Positions 17,330-27,088 are shown, counted from the stretch's first letter. The stretch: DNA of 64,000 bases from Dehalococcoidales bacterium (GCA_034434915.1 DAOTYE010000001.1:29844-93843), one strand, 5' to 3'. The notes: generated by a model not told the origin, from the sequence alone. Translations and numbers: made by a program.

Positions 17330-19105
17330 TCAGTATTGTTTGAACTGGTTGGTGATGGGCAGACGGCGGTCCCGTCCGAAGGCGCGGGGAGTGATTTTCA
17401 CTCCCGGAGGAGCCTGGCGCCGCTTGTACTCGCTCCGGTCAACCAGTCGCGCCGCTTTCCTGACCACATCCCCCGGGAATCCCATGGCGATAATCTGCGC
17501 CACGCTTTTATCTTCTTCCACGTAGGCGGTCAAAATGGGGTCAAGCAGTTCGTATGGTGGCAGAGTATCGCTTGCTTTCTGGTCCGGTTTCAGCTCAGGA
17601 GACGGGGCTTTCTCAAGCACGGTGCGCGGGATGAGCTCTTTGCCTGCCTGTGAGTTGCGGTATTTTGCCAGCTTATAGCACAGGGTCTTCGGGACATCTT
17701 TTATGACGGCAAAGCCGCCTGCCATATCACCGTAAAGGGTGGTAAAGCCGGTAGCCATCTCGCTTTTATCGCCGGTGGTGAGCACCAGCCAGCCGAACTT
17801 GTTAGATAGCGCCATAAGGATATTGCCGCGGATGCGTGCCTGGATATTCTCCTCCGTAACATCCGGCTGGGTGTCTTTGAATGATTCTGCCAGTGTGTCC
17901 AGGTATGCCTGGAAAATGGGCTCAATAGATATGGTGGTGAGCTTAATGCCCAGGTTCTGCGCCAGGAGCCTGGCATCTGAGCTACTGCCGGGAGAAGAGT
18001 AGCGAGAGGGCATAGAGATGCCGACCACATTGTCCTTGCCTAGGGCATCAACCGCGATGGTGGCGACGAGGCTGGAATCAATACCTCCGGACAGTCCGAT
18101 GAGCACTTTTTGGAACCCGTTCTTGCGGACATAGTCTTGTGTGCCCAGGACGATGGCTTTATAAATTTCCCCGATGGGGTCAAATTCTTCCGGCGGACGA
18201 GTCGGCAGTGGTGGTTTTTCTTGCATTGCTGGTTCAGTGGAAACGGGGACAAGGATAGTGCGGCATTCGCGTTCATTGACCAGCTGGGTCTCCTTGCGCC
18301 AGCGTGGGTCATGGAGGCGGGTGCGGAACACTGCTTCCACGTCAAGGTCGGCTACGATGAGATCTTCTTGAAACTGCCTGCCTTTGGCGATAAGCTCTCC
18401 TTTTTCATTGAGCACCATGCTGTTGCCGTCAAAGACCAGCTCATCCTGCCCGCCGACGAGGTTATTATATGCGACGATGGCGATGTTATCTGCGGCGCGT
18501 GTGGCGAGCATGCGCTGGCGTGAAGCACCTTTTCCGGCGTGGTAGGGGGAAGAGCTGATATTGATGATGACCTCTGCCCCGGCGTAAGCCTGCACTGTCG
18601 CCGGACCGGCTTCATACCAGATATCTTCACAGATATTGATGCCCACGCCTATGCCGGCGATGGTATAGACCGGGATATCTTTCCCCGCCTGGAAATACCG
18701 GTTTTCATCAAAGACGCCATAATTGGGAAGGTAGATTTTATGGTAGGTGTGGACGAGCTTGCCGTCATGGATGATGGCGGCGGCGTTATACAGGTCTTTC
18801 TCCGCATCCACGAAGCCGACCACGACGGTCATGCCGGAGACATGGCGGACGATTTCATCCAGCGCTCTCAGATTCTCACTGATGAAACTCGGTTTGAAGA
18901 GGAGGTCTTCCGGAGGATAGCCGCAAATGGAAAGCTCCGGGAAGGTGAGCAGGTCAGTTCCCAGAGCTTTCGCCTCTTCAATGATTTTTAGTATTTTCGC
19001 TACGTTGCCGCTGAAGTCACCAACGGTAGTATTGATTTGCGCCATTCCCAGACGGAGCCGGCGCATGTCTGCTACGCCGTTGTTGTCCTTCAAGGTCTGC
19101 GTCAT
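17330..19105 (-). CDS. nadE: glutamine-dependent NAD+ synthetase (nitrilase domain + NAD synthase domain)
   Basis: N-terminal CN-hydrolase domain (LRLGMAQINTTVGD, FPELSICGYPPEDL, INICEDIW) and C-terminal NadE (GLSGGIDSS). ATG at 19105 overlaps the glnA stop (ATGA). Confidence 0.9.
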   Translation of the reverse strand: MTQTLKDNNGVADMRRLRLGMAQINTTVGDFSGNVAKILKIIEEAKALGTDLLTFPELSICGYPPEDLLFKPSFISENLRALDEIVRHVSGMTVVVGFVDAEKDLYNAAAIIHDGKLVHTYHKIYLPNYGVFDENRYFQAGKDIPVYTIAGIGVGINICEDIWYEAGPATVQAYAGAEVIINISSSPYHAGKGASRQRMLATRAADNIAIVAYNNLVGGQDELVFDGNSMVLNEKGELIAKGRQFQEDLIVADLDVEAVFRTRLHDPRWRKETQLVNERECRTILVPVSTEPAMQEKPPLPTRPPEEFDPIGEIYKAIVLGTQDYVRKNGFQKVLIGLSGGIDSSLVATIAVDALGKDNVVGISMPSRYSSPGSSSDARLLAQNLGIKLTTISIEPIFQAYLDTLAESFKDTQPDVTEENIQARIRGNILMALSNKFGWLVLTTGDKSEMATGFTTLYGDMAGGFAVIKDVPKTLCYKLAKYRNSQAGKELIPRTVLEKAPSPELKPDQKASDTLPPYELLDPILTAYVEEDKSVAQIIAMGFPGDVVRKAARLVDRSEYKRRQAPPGVKITPRAFGRDRRLPITNQFKQY

Positions 19106-20448
19106 AGAATCGGCAGGTAGCGTTTGAGCTCGTATTCGGTCACCTGGATGCGGTATCGGTCCCACTCAATCTTCTTATTCTCAATAAAAGCATTGAAGAC
19201 GTGAGCGCCGAGCGCTTTCTTCACCAGCTCGCTCTTCTCGGTAAGGCAGATAGCCTCCAGCAGGCTGGCAGGCAAGGTGCCGATGTTGAGTTCTTTCCTT
19301 TCTTCATCGCTCATCTCATAGACGTTCTGCTCTACGGGGTCTGGCGGCTCAAGACCTTCTTCAATGCCGGCAAGGCCGGCGGCGAGCATCACGCTGAAAG
19401 CAAGGTAAGGATTGCAGGCGGGGTCAGGTGAGCGCAGTTCAATCCGGGTGGCTTCTTCTTTGCCGGGTTTGTATTCCGGGACACGGATGAGGTCAGAGCG
19501 GTTCCGGCGCGCCCAGGAGAGATAGACCGGCGCTTCATAGCCCGGGACCAGGCGCTTATAGGAGTTCACCCACTGGTTGGTGACGGTGGTGAACTCTGGC
19601 GCATACTTCAGTAAGCCGGCCACATAGCCGCGCCCGATTTTGGAGAGATAGTAAAGACCATTCTTGTCAAAGAAAGCATTGCGGCTACCTTTGAACAGGG
19701 ACTGGTGGACGTGCATACCACTGCCATTGATGCCGAAGACCGGTTTGGGCATAAAGGTGGCATAAACGCCATGTTTCATGGCGTACTCTTTTACCACCAG
19801 GCGGTAGGTCATGACATTGTCCGCCATGGTGAGGGCATCAGTATAGACCATGTCAATTTCATGCTGGCTGGTAGCCACCTCATGGTGGGACTTGTCAATG
19901 GCGATACCCATTCCTTCCAGGGCGGCGACAGTCTCATTGCGGAGCTCAGTGGCGGCATCCCGGAGGGTCATGTCAAAGTAGCCACCTTCATCCAGCATGA
20001 CGGTGCCCTTTTCATCTTTAAAGTAGAAGTATTCCAGCTCCGGACCGACGTAATAGGTGAAACCCATGTCGGCGGCACGCTTCAGATTCCTTTTGAGAAC
20101 CCCGCGAGGGTCGCCGGCGAATGGTTTACCTTCCGGAGTGTAGATATCACAGATGATGCGGGCGATGGCGGTGTCCGCATTGGGGCGCCAGGGGAGAAGC
20201 TGGAAAGTGTCAACATCCGGCATGGCGACCATATCACTTTCATCAATGCGCGCAAATCCCTGAACGGAAGAGCCGTCAAAACCGAACCCTTCTTCCAGTG
20301 CCCTTTCCAGTTCAGAAAAGGGAATGGCAAAGCTTTTCAGCATGCCGACAATGTCTGTGAACCAGAGTTCTACGAACTTTACGTTTTGCTCCTTGGCTGT
20401 CTTCAGGACGTATTCCTTGCTACCTGCAATGCTTTCCTTTTTGACCAT
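19102..20448 (-). CDS. glnA: glutamine synthetase, type I
   Basis: FVELWFTDIVG, FDGSS, GPELEYF, MPKPVFGINGSGMHVHQSL and NPYL are GS-I blocks; 448 aa. Confidence 0.95.
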   Translation of the reverse strand: MVKKESIAGSKEYVLKTAKEQNVKFVELWFTDIVGMLKSFAIPFSELERALEEGFGFDGSSVQGFARIDESDMVAMPDVDTFQLLPWRPNADTAIARIICDIYTPEGKPFAGDPRGVLKRNLKRAADMGFTYYVGPELEYFYFKDEKGTVMLDEGGYFDMTLRDAATELRNETVAALEGMGIAIDKSHHEVATSQHEIDMVYTDALTMADNVMTYRLVVKEYAMKHGVYATFMPKPVFGINGSGMHVHQSLFKGSRNAFFDKNGLYYLSKIGRGYVAGLLKYAPEFTTVTNQWVNSYKRLVPGYEAPVYLSWARRNRSDLIRVPEYKPGKEEATRIELRSPDPACNPYLAFSVMLAAGLAGIEEGLEPPDPVEQNVYEMSDEERKELNIGTLPASLLEAICLTEKSELVKKALGAHVFNAFIENKKIEWDRYRIQVTEYELKRYLPIL

Positions 20449-20483
20449 GTTTTCTCCTTCTTTTCCTCCTTATTATAATTATT

Positions 20484-20822
20484 CTATACTGCGTTGTCAC
20501 CTGTCTCGCCGGTGCGCACTCGGATGATTTCTTCCACCGGCATGATGAAGATTTTCCCATCGCCGATTTCCCCGGAGCGGGCGTTTTCCGTGATGAGCCT
20601 GACGGCATCAGGCACATCTTTATCAGCGATGACCATCTCCAGTTTCAGTTTGGGCAGGAAGTCCACCTGGTATTCACCCACTCTCCACTGGAGGGGAATC
20701 CCTTTCTGGCGTCCCCGTCCGCTTACCTCGCTGATGGTCATGCCGAAATGCCCGTTCTTTTCCAGCGCCTTGCGCACAGCGTCAAGTTTTTCCTCTCTGA
20801 TGATTGCCTCTATCTTTTTCAT
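20484..20822 (-). CDS. glnB: nitrogen regulatory protein P-II
   Basis: MKKIEAIIREEKLDAVRKALE...GRGRQKG...GEYQVDFLPK...GDGKIFI. The T-loop Tyr51 equivalent is present. It overlaps the amt stop by 4 nt. Confidence 0.95.
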   Translation of the reverse strand: MKKIEAIIREEKLDAVRKALEKNGHFGMTISEVSGRGRQKGIPLQWRVGEYQVDFLPKLKLEMVIADKDVPDAVRLITENARSGEIGDGKIFIMPVEEIIRVRTGETGDNAV

Positions 20823-22054
20823 CTCAGTAAGCTCCCGTAAGCTCTTTCACCATGCTGGGATATGTCCAGACCGACCGTTTCTTCTGCGGGACTGACCCTC
20901 AGCCCGAAGAGCATGTCAATCACTTTGGCGATGACCCAGCTGACACCGAAGGCGAAAGCCCACACCGTGACGATGCCGATAAGCTGTTTCCCCAACAGCA
21001 GAGCATTGCCAAAGAAGAGCCCGTCAGCCCCGGCGGAGTTCACCGCCGCGCTGGCAAAAAGGCCCGTGGCAAGCGCACCCCAGGTGCCGCCCATGCCGTG
21101 CACCGCCCAGACATCAAGCGATTCATCAACACGCCATTTCGTCCTGAGTATCATGCAGTAATAGCAGACTACTGCGGCGCCGATGCCGATGGGGATGCCG
21201 GCAAGCGGTGGCACAAAGCCAGCGGCAGGGGTGATAGCCACCAGCCCGGCAACAGCACCAGTAGCCGTGCCCAGAAGGGTGGGACGGCGGTAGAGCCAGC
21301 TCAGGAACATCCAGGTGAAGGCGGCCGCCGCGGCGCTGGTGTTCGTGGCGACGAAGGCACTTGAGGCAAGTCCGCCAGCGGTGAGTGCGCTCCCGGCATT
21401 GAAGCCGAACCAGCCGAACCAGAGCAGACCGGCGCCGAGGGCAACGATGGGAATATTATTCGGCTCCATGGCGCTCCCATTGCCGAAGCCTTTGCGAGGT
21501 CCCAATACCAGTGATAGCGCCAGAGCAGACATGCCGGCGCAGATGTGCACTACCGTGCCCCCGGCAAAGTCCAGCGCCCCCAGTTTTGAGAGCCAACCTC
21601 CGCTGCCCCACACCCAATGCGCCACCGGCGCATAGACGAAGGTGAGCCAAAGGGCGGAGAAGATGAGCAGGGCGCTGAACTTAATGCGTTCCACCACCGC
21701 ACCTGTAATCAGAGCTACCGTGATGATGGCGAACATCGCCTGAAAAATCATGTAGGCGAGGTGTGGCACTGTGGTGGCATAAACGGCGGAAGGCTCCTGA
21801 CCTACGCCGCGCAAGCCCAGAAAATCCAGACCGCCGATGACGCCACCATTGTCCGCCCCGAAGCTCAGACTGTAGCCATAGAGCACCCAGAGAAGCCCCA
21901 CCATGCCAAGTATGGCGAAGCTCATCATCATGGTAGATAGGATATTTTTCCTCCGCACCATGCCCCCGTAGAAAAGGGCTACTCCCGGCGTCATCAGCAT
22001 GACCAGTGCAGAGGAGATGAGAATCCAGGCGGTGTCTCCAGAGTTGATAGCCAT
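20819..22054 (-). CDS. amt: ammonium transporter
   Basis: SGDTAWILISSALVMLMTPG, DFAGGTVVHICAG and WFGWFGFNAGS are Amt/MEP signatures; 411 aa. Confidence 0.95.
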   Translation of the reverse strand: MAINSGDTAWILISSALVMLMTPGVALFYGGMVRRKNILSTMMMSFAILGMVGLLWVLYGYSLSFGADNGGVIGGLDFLGLRGVGQEPSAVYATTVPHLAYMIFQAMFAIITVALITGAVVERIKFSALLIFSALWLTFVYAPVAHWVWGSGGWLSKLGALDFAGGTVVHICAGMSALALSLVLGPRKGFGNGSAMEPNNIPIVALGAGLLWFGWFGFNAGSALTAGGLASSAFVATNTSAAAAAFTWMFLSWLYRRPTLLGTATGAVAGLVAITPAAGFVPPLAGIPIGIGAAVVCYYCMILRTKWRVDESLDVWAVHGMGGTWGALATGLFASAAVNSAGADGLFFGNALLLGKQLIGIVTVWAFAFGVSWVIAKVIDMLFGLRVSPAEETVGLDISQHGERAYGSLLR

Positions 22055-22102
22055 TACTGATACCTCCCTTGAGTATTCACTGACTTCAGTTTACCGCCTG
22101 TT

Positions 22103-22141
22103 TATTACCACTATATTACAGCAATGTTACAATTGTGTTAC
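22103..22141. promoter_or_regulatory. four phased TRTTAC hexamers in the amt promoter
   Basis: TATTAC at 22103 and 22114, TGTTAC at 22125 and 22136, giving exact 11-bp spacing. On the coding strand these read GTAACA/GTAATA and overlap a GTAACA-N17-TAATAT promoter-like element about 50 nt upstream of the amt ATG. Confidence 0.5.
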
Positions 22142-22162
22142 GTGCCGGAAAGGTTTTTAATA

Positions 22163-22840
22163 TTATGCTCTGGCTTTGAAGCGGTAGCCGATATTGCGTA
22201 CTGTTTCAATGTAGGTCTGGTTTGAGGCGGATTCAATTTTGCTGCGCAGGCGGCGGATATGGACATCCACCGTTCTATCACCGCCGTAATAGTCATAGCC
22301 CCAGACTTTGTTCAGGAGGCTTTCGCGGCTGAACACGCGCCCTTTATGGCTTGCCAGATATTTCAGAAGCTCGTATTCTTTGAAGGTAAGCTCAATCGGG
22401 ACGCCTTTGATGGTTACCTCGCATCTGGCAGTGTCAATGACAAGGTCTCCATGCTTGATGACCTCAGGTGATTCCGCCTGGCGGCTTTTCTGGATGACCC
22501 GCTTCACTCTGAAGAGCAGCTCATCAAGGTCATGAAGCTCAACAACGAAGTCATCTATGTCCGGGCTGAGCTCTTCACTGAAGAGCGTTTTCCTTGTGAC
22601 GAGCGCAATTACCGGCAGGCGTTTTTCCAGCTTGAGGCGGCGTGCCAGCTCAATTGCCTCTGCGTTAGCGAGATGACCATTCAGTGTGATAAGAAGCAGG
22701 TCCGGGGCAAACTCAGCGACCTTCTTGAAAACATCGCCCGGGTGGGAAACGAGCAAACAGGTGAACCCGTGCTGTTTCAGCGCTGAACACATCCGCTTTA
22801 CGGGTTCATTTTCCTGGGCAATGATAAGGACACGCGGCAA
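22163..22840 (-). CDS. OmpR/PhoB-family winged-helix regulator with a degenerate (non-phosphorylatable) receiver domain
   Basis: The C-terminal domain is canonical (LTFKEYELLKYLASHKGRVFSRESLLNKVWG...TVDVHIRRLRSKIE...IETVRNIGYRF). In the receiver, PDLLLITL replaces PDLILLD (Asp to Thr), IIAQENE replaces the acidic pair, and DDFVVELH replaces DDYxTKPF (Lys to Glu). TTG start; no kinase gene adjacent. Confidence 0.85.
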   Translation of the reverse strand: MPRVLIIAQENEPVKRMCSALKQHGFTCLLVSHPGDVFKKVAEFAPDLLLITLNGHLANAEAIELARRLKLEKRLPVIALVTRKTLFSEELSPDIDDFVVELHDLDELLFRVKRVIQKSRQAESPEVIKHGDLVIDTARCEVTIKGVPIELTFKEYELLKYLASHKGRVFSRESLLNKVWGYDYYGGDRTVDVHIRRLRSKIESASNQTYIETVRNIGYRFKARA

Positions 22841-22911
22841 GGCAGTTAACTCCCTGCGGGTGGTAAGGTCAGTTCAATTATAGTATGGGCGCTCATGGCT
22901 TGCCAGCATTG

Positions 22912-23679
22912 TTAGTGGGCATAAATGCGTCCGTAGGGGCGCAGAGAGCGGGGGAAGATTTTTATGAACGGGTCCTTCAGAATCTTATCGGCGTTATGGT
23001 CAAAGTGGGCGGCGAACTCCCGCACGTAGGTCTCAAGTATCTCCCGGTCTTTTGCTTCCAGTTGAGCGATGCCTACCTCCCGTCCCACCTGATGGCTTTC
23101 CACACTGCCCCGCAGGTAGATGACACCGCCGTGCATTCCGGTGCCGATGAACTTAGCTTTATAACCCTCTTTCTGCGTCAAACCCAGCATGATGAGGACG
23201 CCGCCCGCCATGTATTCGCCGAAGAAGTCCTGTGCTGAGCCACCAATGACGATAATAGGGCGCTTGTCCAGGTATTCTTTCATGTGGATGCCCGCGCGGT
23301 AACCTACGTTCTCCTTGACGAAGATTTTGCCGCCGCGAGCGGAGAGCCCGATGATGTCTCCGGCATGTCCGTGGATGATGATTTCTCCGCCGTTCATGGT
23401 ATTGCCGCAGCCGTCCTGGGCATTCCCGTGGACAATGAGGCGGGCGCTGACCATGAAAGCGCCAAGGTCATTGCCCGGCGTGCCGTGAATTTCAATTTCT
23501 ACGGGCTTATCAAGATTGGTGCCAATGTAGCGCTGTCCGTAAACATTGGTCAATATAAAACGCTGGACGCCTTTTTCCGCCAGCTCCCTGATTTTTGCAT
23601 TCAGGTCGCGGTAGTAAAGACCGGTAGCGTCAATGGTGGCGGTGTGTTGTGTTGTTGTCGTCATGGTTAGCTCCCGCAC
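22912..23679 (-). CDS. glutamate synthase GXGXG (alpha-subunit C-terminal) domain protein
   Basis: Repeated G-x-G-x-G beta-helix pattern (IHGTPGNDLGAFM, VHGNAQDGCGNTMNGG, IHGHAGDIIG, VIGGSAQDFFGEYMAGG). It overlaps the upstream GltS-FMN gene by 13 nt. Confidence 0.85.
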   Translation of the reverse strand: MRELTMTTTTQHTATIDATGLYYRDLNAKIRELAEKGVQRFILTNVYGQRYIGTNLDKPVEIEIHGTPGNDLGAFMVSARLIVHGNAQDGCGNTMNGGEIIIHGHAGDIIGLSARGGKIFVKENVGYRAGIHMKEYLDKRPIIVIGGSAQDFFGEYMAGGVLIMLGLTQKEGYKAKFIGTGMHGGVIYLRGSVESHQVGREVGIAQLEAKDREILETYVREFAAHFDHNADKILKDPFIKIFPRSLRPYGRIYAH

Positions 23680-25169
23680 ATCCTCACACCGAGGATGTCA
23701 AGCTCAGTCTGGTTCAGTCCCACGCCACGCAGTTGCAGGCGGTTGCCGCGCAGGCTTTCAATAGCGTTGATGCCCATCCCGCCGAGCATCTCCTTGAGCT
23801 CCAGGCTCCAGGCGCGGAGAAGGTTAGCCAGCCGGCGCGCGCCAATCTCCGGGTTGATGCGCTTGGTGAGAAAAAGGTCGGTAGTGCAGATTCCCCAGGC
23901 ACATTTGCCGCTATGGCATTGCTGACAGAGCCGACAGCCGAGGGCAACCAGTGCCGCTGTGCCGATATAGACCGCATCAGCACCGAGGGCGATTGCCTTG
24001 GCGACATCACCGCTGTTCCTGATGCCACCGGAGATGACCAGCGAAGCCCGATTGCGGATGCCTTCTTGCCTGAGGCGGGTGTCTACCGCGGCGAGTGCCA
24101 TTTCAATGGGGATGCCCACATTATCGCGGATAATCTTGGGGGCGGCGCCAGTGGCGCCACGCAATCCGTCAAGGACAATAATATCCGCTCCGGCACGCAC
24201 CATGCCGCTGGCAATCGCCGGCGAGTTATGGACGGCGGCGATTTTCACCGAGACCGGCTTCTGATAATTGGTGGCTTCTTTGATGGCGTAGATAAGCTGT
24301 GACAGGTCCTCAATGGAATAAATGTCATGCTGGGGTGCCGGGGAGAGGGCATCAGTCCCGCGGGGAATCATGCGGGTGGCGGAGATTTCCGCGCTTACCT
24401 TATGCCCGGGGAGGTGTCCGCCTATACCTGGCTTGGCGCCCTGACCGATTTTAATTTCCACGACACGTGCCGTCTCAAGATACTCAGCATGAACTCCGAA
24501 GCGGCCCGAAGCGACCTGCACAATGGTGTTATTGCCATATTTGTAAAGCGATGGGTGAAGCCCGCCTTCACCGGTGTTCCAGAGGGTGCCCATCTCTGTA
24601 GCGGCGCGGGCAAGAGACTGGTGTACATGGAGGCTCACCGCGCCGTAAGACATGGCGGCGAACATGACCGGCACCTCCAGCTTGACCAGCCTGGAGAGGT
24701 CTGTCTTCATGTTGCCCTCTGCATCAAACTCCACTTTATCCGGCTTTCTGCCGAGATAGGTGGTCAGCTCCATGGGCTCACGGAGGGGGTCAATGGAGGG
24801 GTTGGTCACCTGGCTGGCATTGATGACCAGGTGGTCCCAGTAGATGCGCTGACCTTTATCATCGCCCATGCCGGTGAGCAGAACGCCGCCGGTCTCCGCC
24901 TGTTTGATGACATCCTCAATATACTCCGGGCGCCAGTTGTAGTTGTCGCGGTATTCCAGCGGGTTACGTCTCACGGACAGCGCACCGGTGGGGCAGAAAG
25001 TGACGCAACGGTGACAGCCTACGCAGTTGCCCAACCGGATTTTCATGGCGTCATCTTCGGCATCGTAATAGTGAGAGTCAAAAGTGCACTGGTTGGCGCA
25101 CACTTCACACTTAATGCACCGCTCCTGGTCTCTTTCCACAATGAATTTGGCTGGTAAATAGGTCTTCAA
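23667..25169 (-). CDS. glutamate synthase FMN-binding domain protein with an N-terminal 2x[4Fe-4S] ferredoxin domain (archaeal type)
   Basis: CIKCEVCANQC...CVGCHRCVTFCP followed by GltS core blocks (MSYGAVS, NTGEGG, QVASGRFGV, IKIGQGAKPGIGGHLPG, DGLRGATGAAP, SGGIRNSGDVAKAIALGADAV). Confidence 0.9.
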   Translation of the reverse strand: MKTYLPAKFIVERDQERCIKCEVCANQCTFDSHYYDAEDDAMKIRLGNCVGCHRCVTFCPTGALSVRRNPLEYRDNYNWRPEYIEDVIKQAETGGVLLTGMGDDKGQRIYWDHLVINASQVTNPSIDPLREPMELTTYLGRKPDKVEFDAEGNMKTDLSRLVKLEVPVMFAAMSYGAVSLHVHQSLARAATEMGTLWNTGEGGLHPSLYKYGNNTIVQVASGRFGVHAEYLETARVVEIKIGQGAKPGIGGHLPGHKVSAEISATRMIPRGTDALSPAPQHDIYSIEDLSQLIYAIKEATNYQKPVSVKIAAVHNSPAIASGMVRAGADIIVLDGLRGATGAAPKIIRDNVGIPIEMALAAVDTRLRQEGIRNRASLVISGGIRNSGDVAKAIALGADAVYIGTAALVALGCRLCQQCHSGKCAWGICTTDLFLTKRINPEIGARRLANLLRAWSLELKEMLGGMGINAIESLRGNRLQLRGVGLNQTELDILGVRMCGS

Positions 25170-25180
25170 GCCTCCCCTCC

Positions 25181-25948
25181 CTATAATCTGACTGGTATCC
25201 CTTTCTTCGCCAGATATTCTTTAGTCTCACGGATTGAGTGTATGCCGTAGTGGAAGATGCTCGCGGCGAGGACGGCATCTGCTTTTCCAGCGGTGAGCGC
25301 CTGATAAAGGTCTTCCAGGTTCCCCGCCCCGCCGCTGGCAATCACCGGCACATTGACTGATTCAGAAACGGCGCGAGTGAGCTCAATATCATAGCCTGCG
25401 CGGTGTCCATCGGCGTCAATGCTGGTGAGCAGAATCTCACCTGCGCCGAGCTTTACCGCCTTCTGTGCCCACTCCACGGCGTCAATGCCGGTGGGCTTCT
25501 GCCCGCTGTGGGTATAGACTTCCCAGCGTGCTGGCTTGCTCCCAGCAATGCGCTTGCCGTCAATGGCGACCACGATGCACTGACTGCCGAATTTCTCCGC
25601 TCCCTCGGTAATCAGCTTAGGAGTTAGCACGGCGGCGGTATTGATAGAAACTTTGTCGGCGCCTGCATTGAGTATGCGGCGGATATCATCGGTGGTGCGC
25701 AGTCCGCCGCCCACGGTAAGAGGCATGAAGACTCTGGCAGAGACGCGCTCCACTACGTCCACAATGGTGTCACGGGCTTCCGGTGTGGCGCTGATGTCCA
25801 GGAAGACCAGCTCATCGGCGCCCTCTTTTGAGTAAAAAGCGGCTAGCTCTACAGGGTCTCCGGCATCACGCAGTTTGACGAAGCTCGTCCCTTTGACCAC
25901 GCGCCCGTCTTTCACGTCAAGGCAGGGGATTATCCGTTTAGTTAACAT
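25181..25948 (-). CDS. hisF: imidazole glycerol phosphate synthase cyclase subunit
   Basis: [46 protein letters not shown] and IASGGAG are canonical HisF blocks. Confidence 0.95.
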   Translation of the reverse strand: MLTKRIIPCLDVKDGRVVKGTSFVKLRDAGDPVELAAFYSKEGADELVFLDISATPEARDTIVDVVERVSARVFMPLTVGGGLRTTDDIRRILNAGADKVSINTAAVLTPKLITEGAEKFGSQCIVVAIDGKRIAGSKPARWEVYTHSGQKPTGIDAVEWAQKAVKLGAGEILLTSIDADGHRAGYDIELTRAVSESVNVPVIASGGAGNLEDLYQALTAGKADAVLAASIFHYGIHSIRETKEYLAKKGIPVRL

Positions 25949-25951
25949 AAT

Positions 25952-27088
25952 CTATTTCACCCCACTCACCGCGGGCGCCTTTTTCTTTTCTGGTTTCTTC
26001 AGTTTGCCGATGATTGGTTCACCGCCGGCAGGAATCCAGGCGTCATCTAGGTCAGGGCAGATGAGGCGGATGGCTGATTCCTCTGAGGAAAGATAGAGCA
26101 TATCACCTTTTGTGCCCACGGTCAGAGGTCTGAGCCTGATGCGGTCAGTGAGCCCTATCATTTCATCATGATGGGCGATGATGATGGTGAATGGACCGTT
26201 CATGAGCAGACTGCCATAGACCTGGCGCAAAGTACGGTAGAGGTTCTGTTCGGCAGGAGGGTAGCGCTCAATGTCTGTCCACAGCGGCGGCGCCAGCACC
26301 TTTGCCATCAGCTCCACCGGCAGATTGTGTCTCCTGACCAGCAGGTCAACGGCATAGGCGATGACCTCAGTATCTGTCTGCATGGTGCAGTGGTAACCGA
26401 ACTGCTCCAAGTAGCGGCGGTTGATGCCGTAGGAGGAAATCTCGCCGTTGTGGACCACCGTCCAGTCAAGGATGCAGAAGGGGTGGGCACCACCCCACCA
26501 CCCGGGGGTATTGGTGGGGAACCTGCCGTGAGCCGTCCAGAGGTAGCCTTCATACTGCTCAAGGTTGAAGTATGCCGCAATCTCCTCCGGGTAACCCACG
26601 CCTTTGAAGACGCCCATGTTTTTCCCGCTGGAAAAGACAAAGGTATCTTTGATGGTGGTATTTATTTCCATCACCCGCTCCACCACATAATCATCTTCTG
26701 ACTTGCCCTCCGGTTTACGCTGGTCAACGTCAAGGAAGTAGCGCCAGACGATAGGCGGATTGGCTATACCGGGAGCTGACCTGGTGGGCACTTCCTCTGC
26801 GAAGACAAGGTGGAACTTCGCTTTGAGGTAGGCTTCAGTCTCCTCTTTGCCTTCCCGGTTCAGGTACATGACGTGGAAAGCATACTGGTCAGCGTGGTCA
26901 GGATAAAGACCATAGATGGCGAACCCGCCGCCCAGCCCATTGCCGCGGTCATGCATATTGGCAATCGCTCTGATGATGCCTTTGCCGGAGAACCTCTTGC
27001 CTGAGGTATCCATCATGCCGAAGATGGAGCAGGCATCAATGACCTTGTCATCGCCGTAAGGGTTATTGATAAGTCCGAGTTCCTTCAT
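25952..27088 (-). CDS. class-II glutamine amidotransferase (glutamate synthase amidotransferase domain, archaeal split type)
   Basis: DACSIFGMMD carries the nucleophile Cys after a short leader. HDRGNGLGGGFA, AHGRFPTNTPGWWGGAHPF and VHNGEISSYG are GltB-domain-1 / Ntn-type blocks. Confidence 0.85.
   Translation of the reverse strand: MKELGLINNPYGDDKVIDACSIFGMMDTSGKRFSGKGIIRAIANMHDRGNGLGGGFAIYGLYPDHADQYAFHVMYLNREGKEETEAYLKAKFHLVFAEEVPTRSAPGIANPPIVWRYFLDVDQRKPEGKSEDDYVVERVMEINTTIKDTFVFSSGKNMGVFKGVGYPEEIAAYFNLEQYEGYLWTAHGRFPTNTPGWWGGAHPFCILDWTVVHNGEISSYGINRRYLEQFGYHCTMQTDTEVIAYAVDLLVRRHNLPVELMAKVLAPPLWTDIERYPPAEQNLYRTLRQVYGSLLMNGPFTIIIAHHDEMIGLTDRIRLRPLTVGTKGDMLYLSSEESAIRLICPDLDDAWIPAGGEPIIGKLKKPEKKKAPAVSGVK

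Noticed and set aside
19705-20478. 257-aa plus-strand ORF antisense to glnA. Similar long antisense ORFs lie at 24327-25157 (antisense to GltS), 54947-55726 (antisense to rhaD/rhaB), 44272-44856 (antisense to mfd) and 35568-36071 (antisense to serA).
   Set aside because: All lie opposite strongly supported genes, lack motifs and have skewed Arg/Gly/His/Pro composition. They are treated as shadow ORFs.
20484-20822. Possible loss of the P-II T-loop modification site (the loop reads QWRVGEY).
   Set aside because: Residue-by-residue alignment with E. coli GlnB shows that only Tyr46 is replaced (by Trp). The modified Tyr51 equivalent (GEYQVDF) is conserved, so nothing here is unusual.
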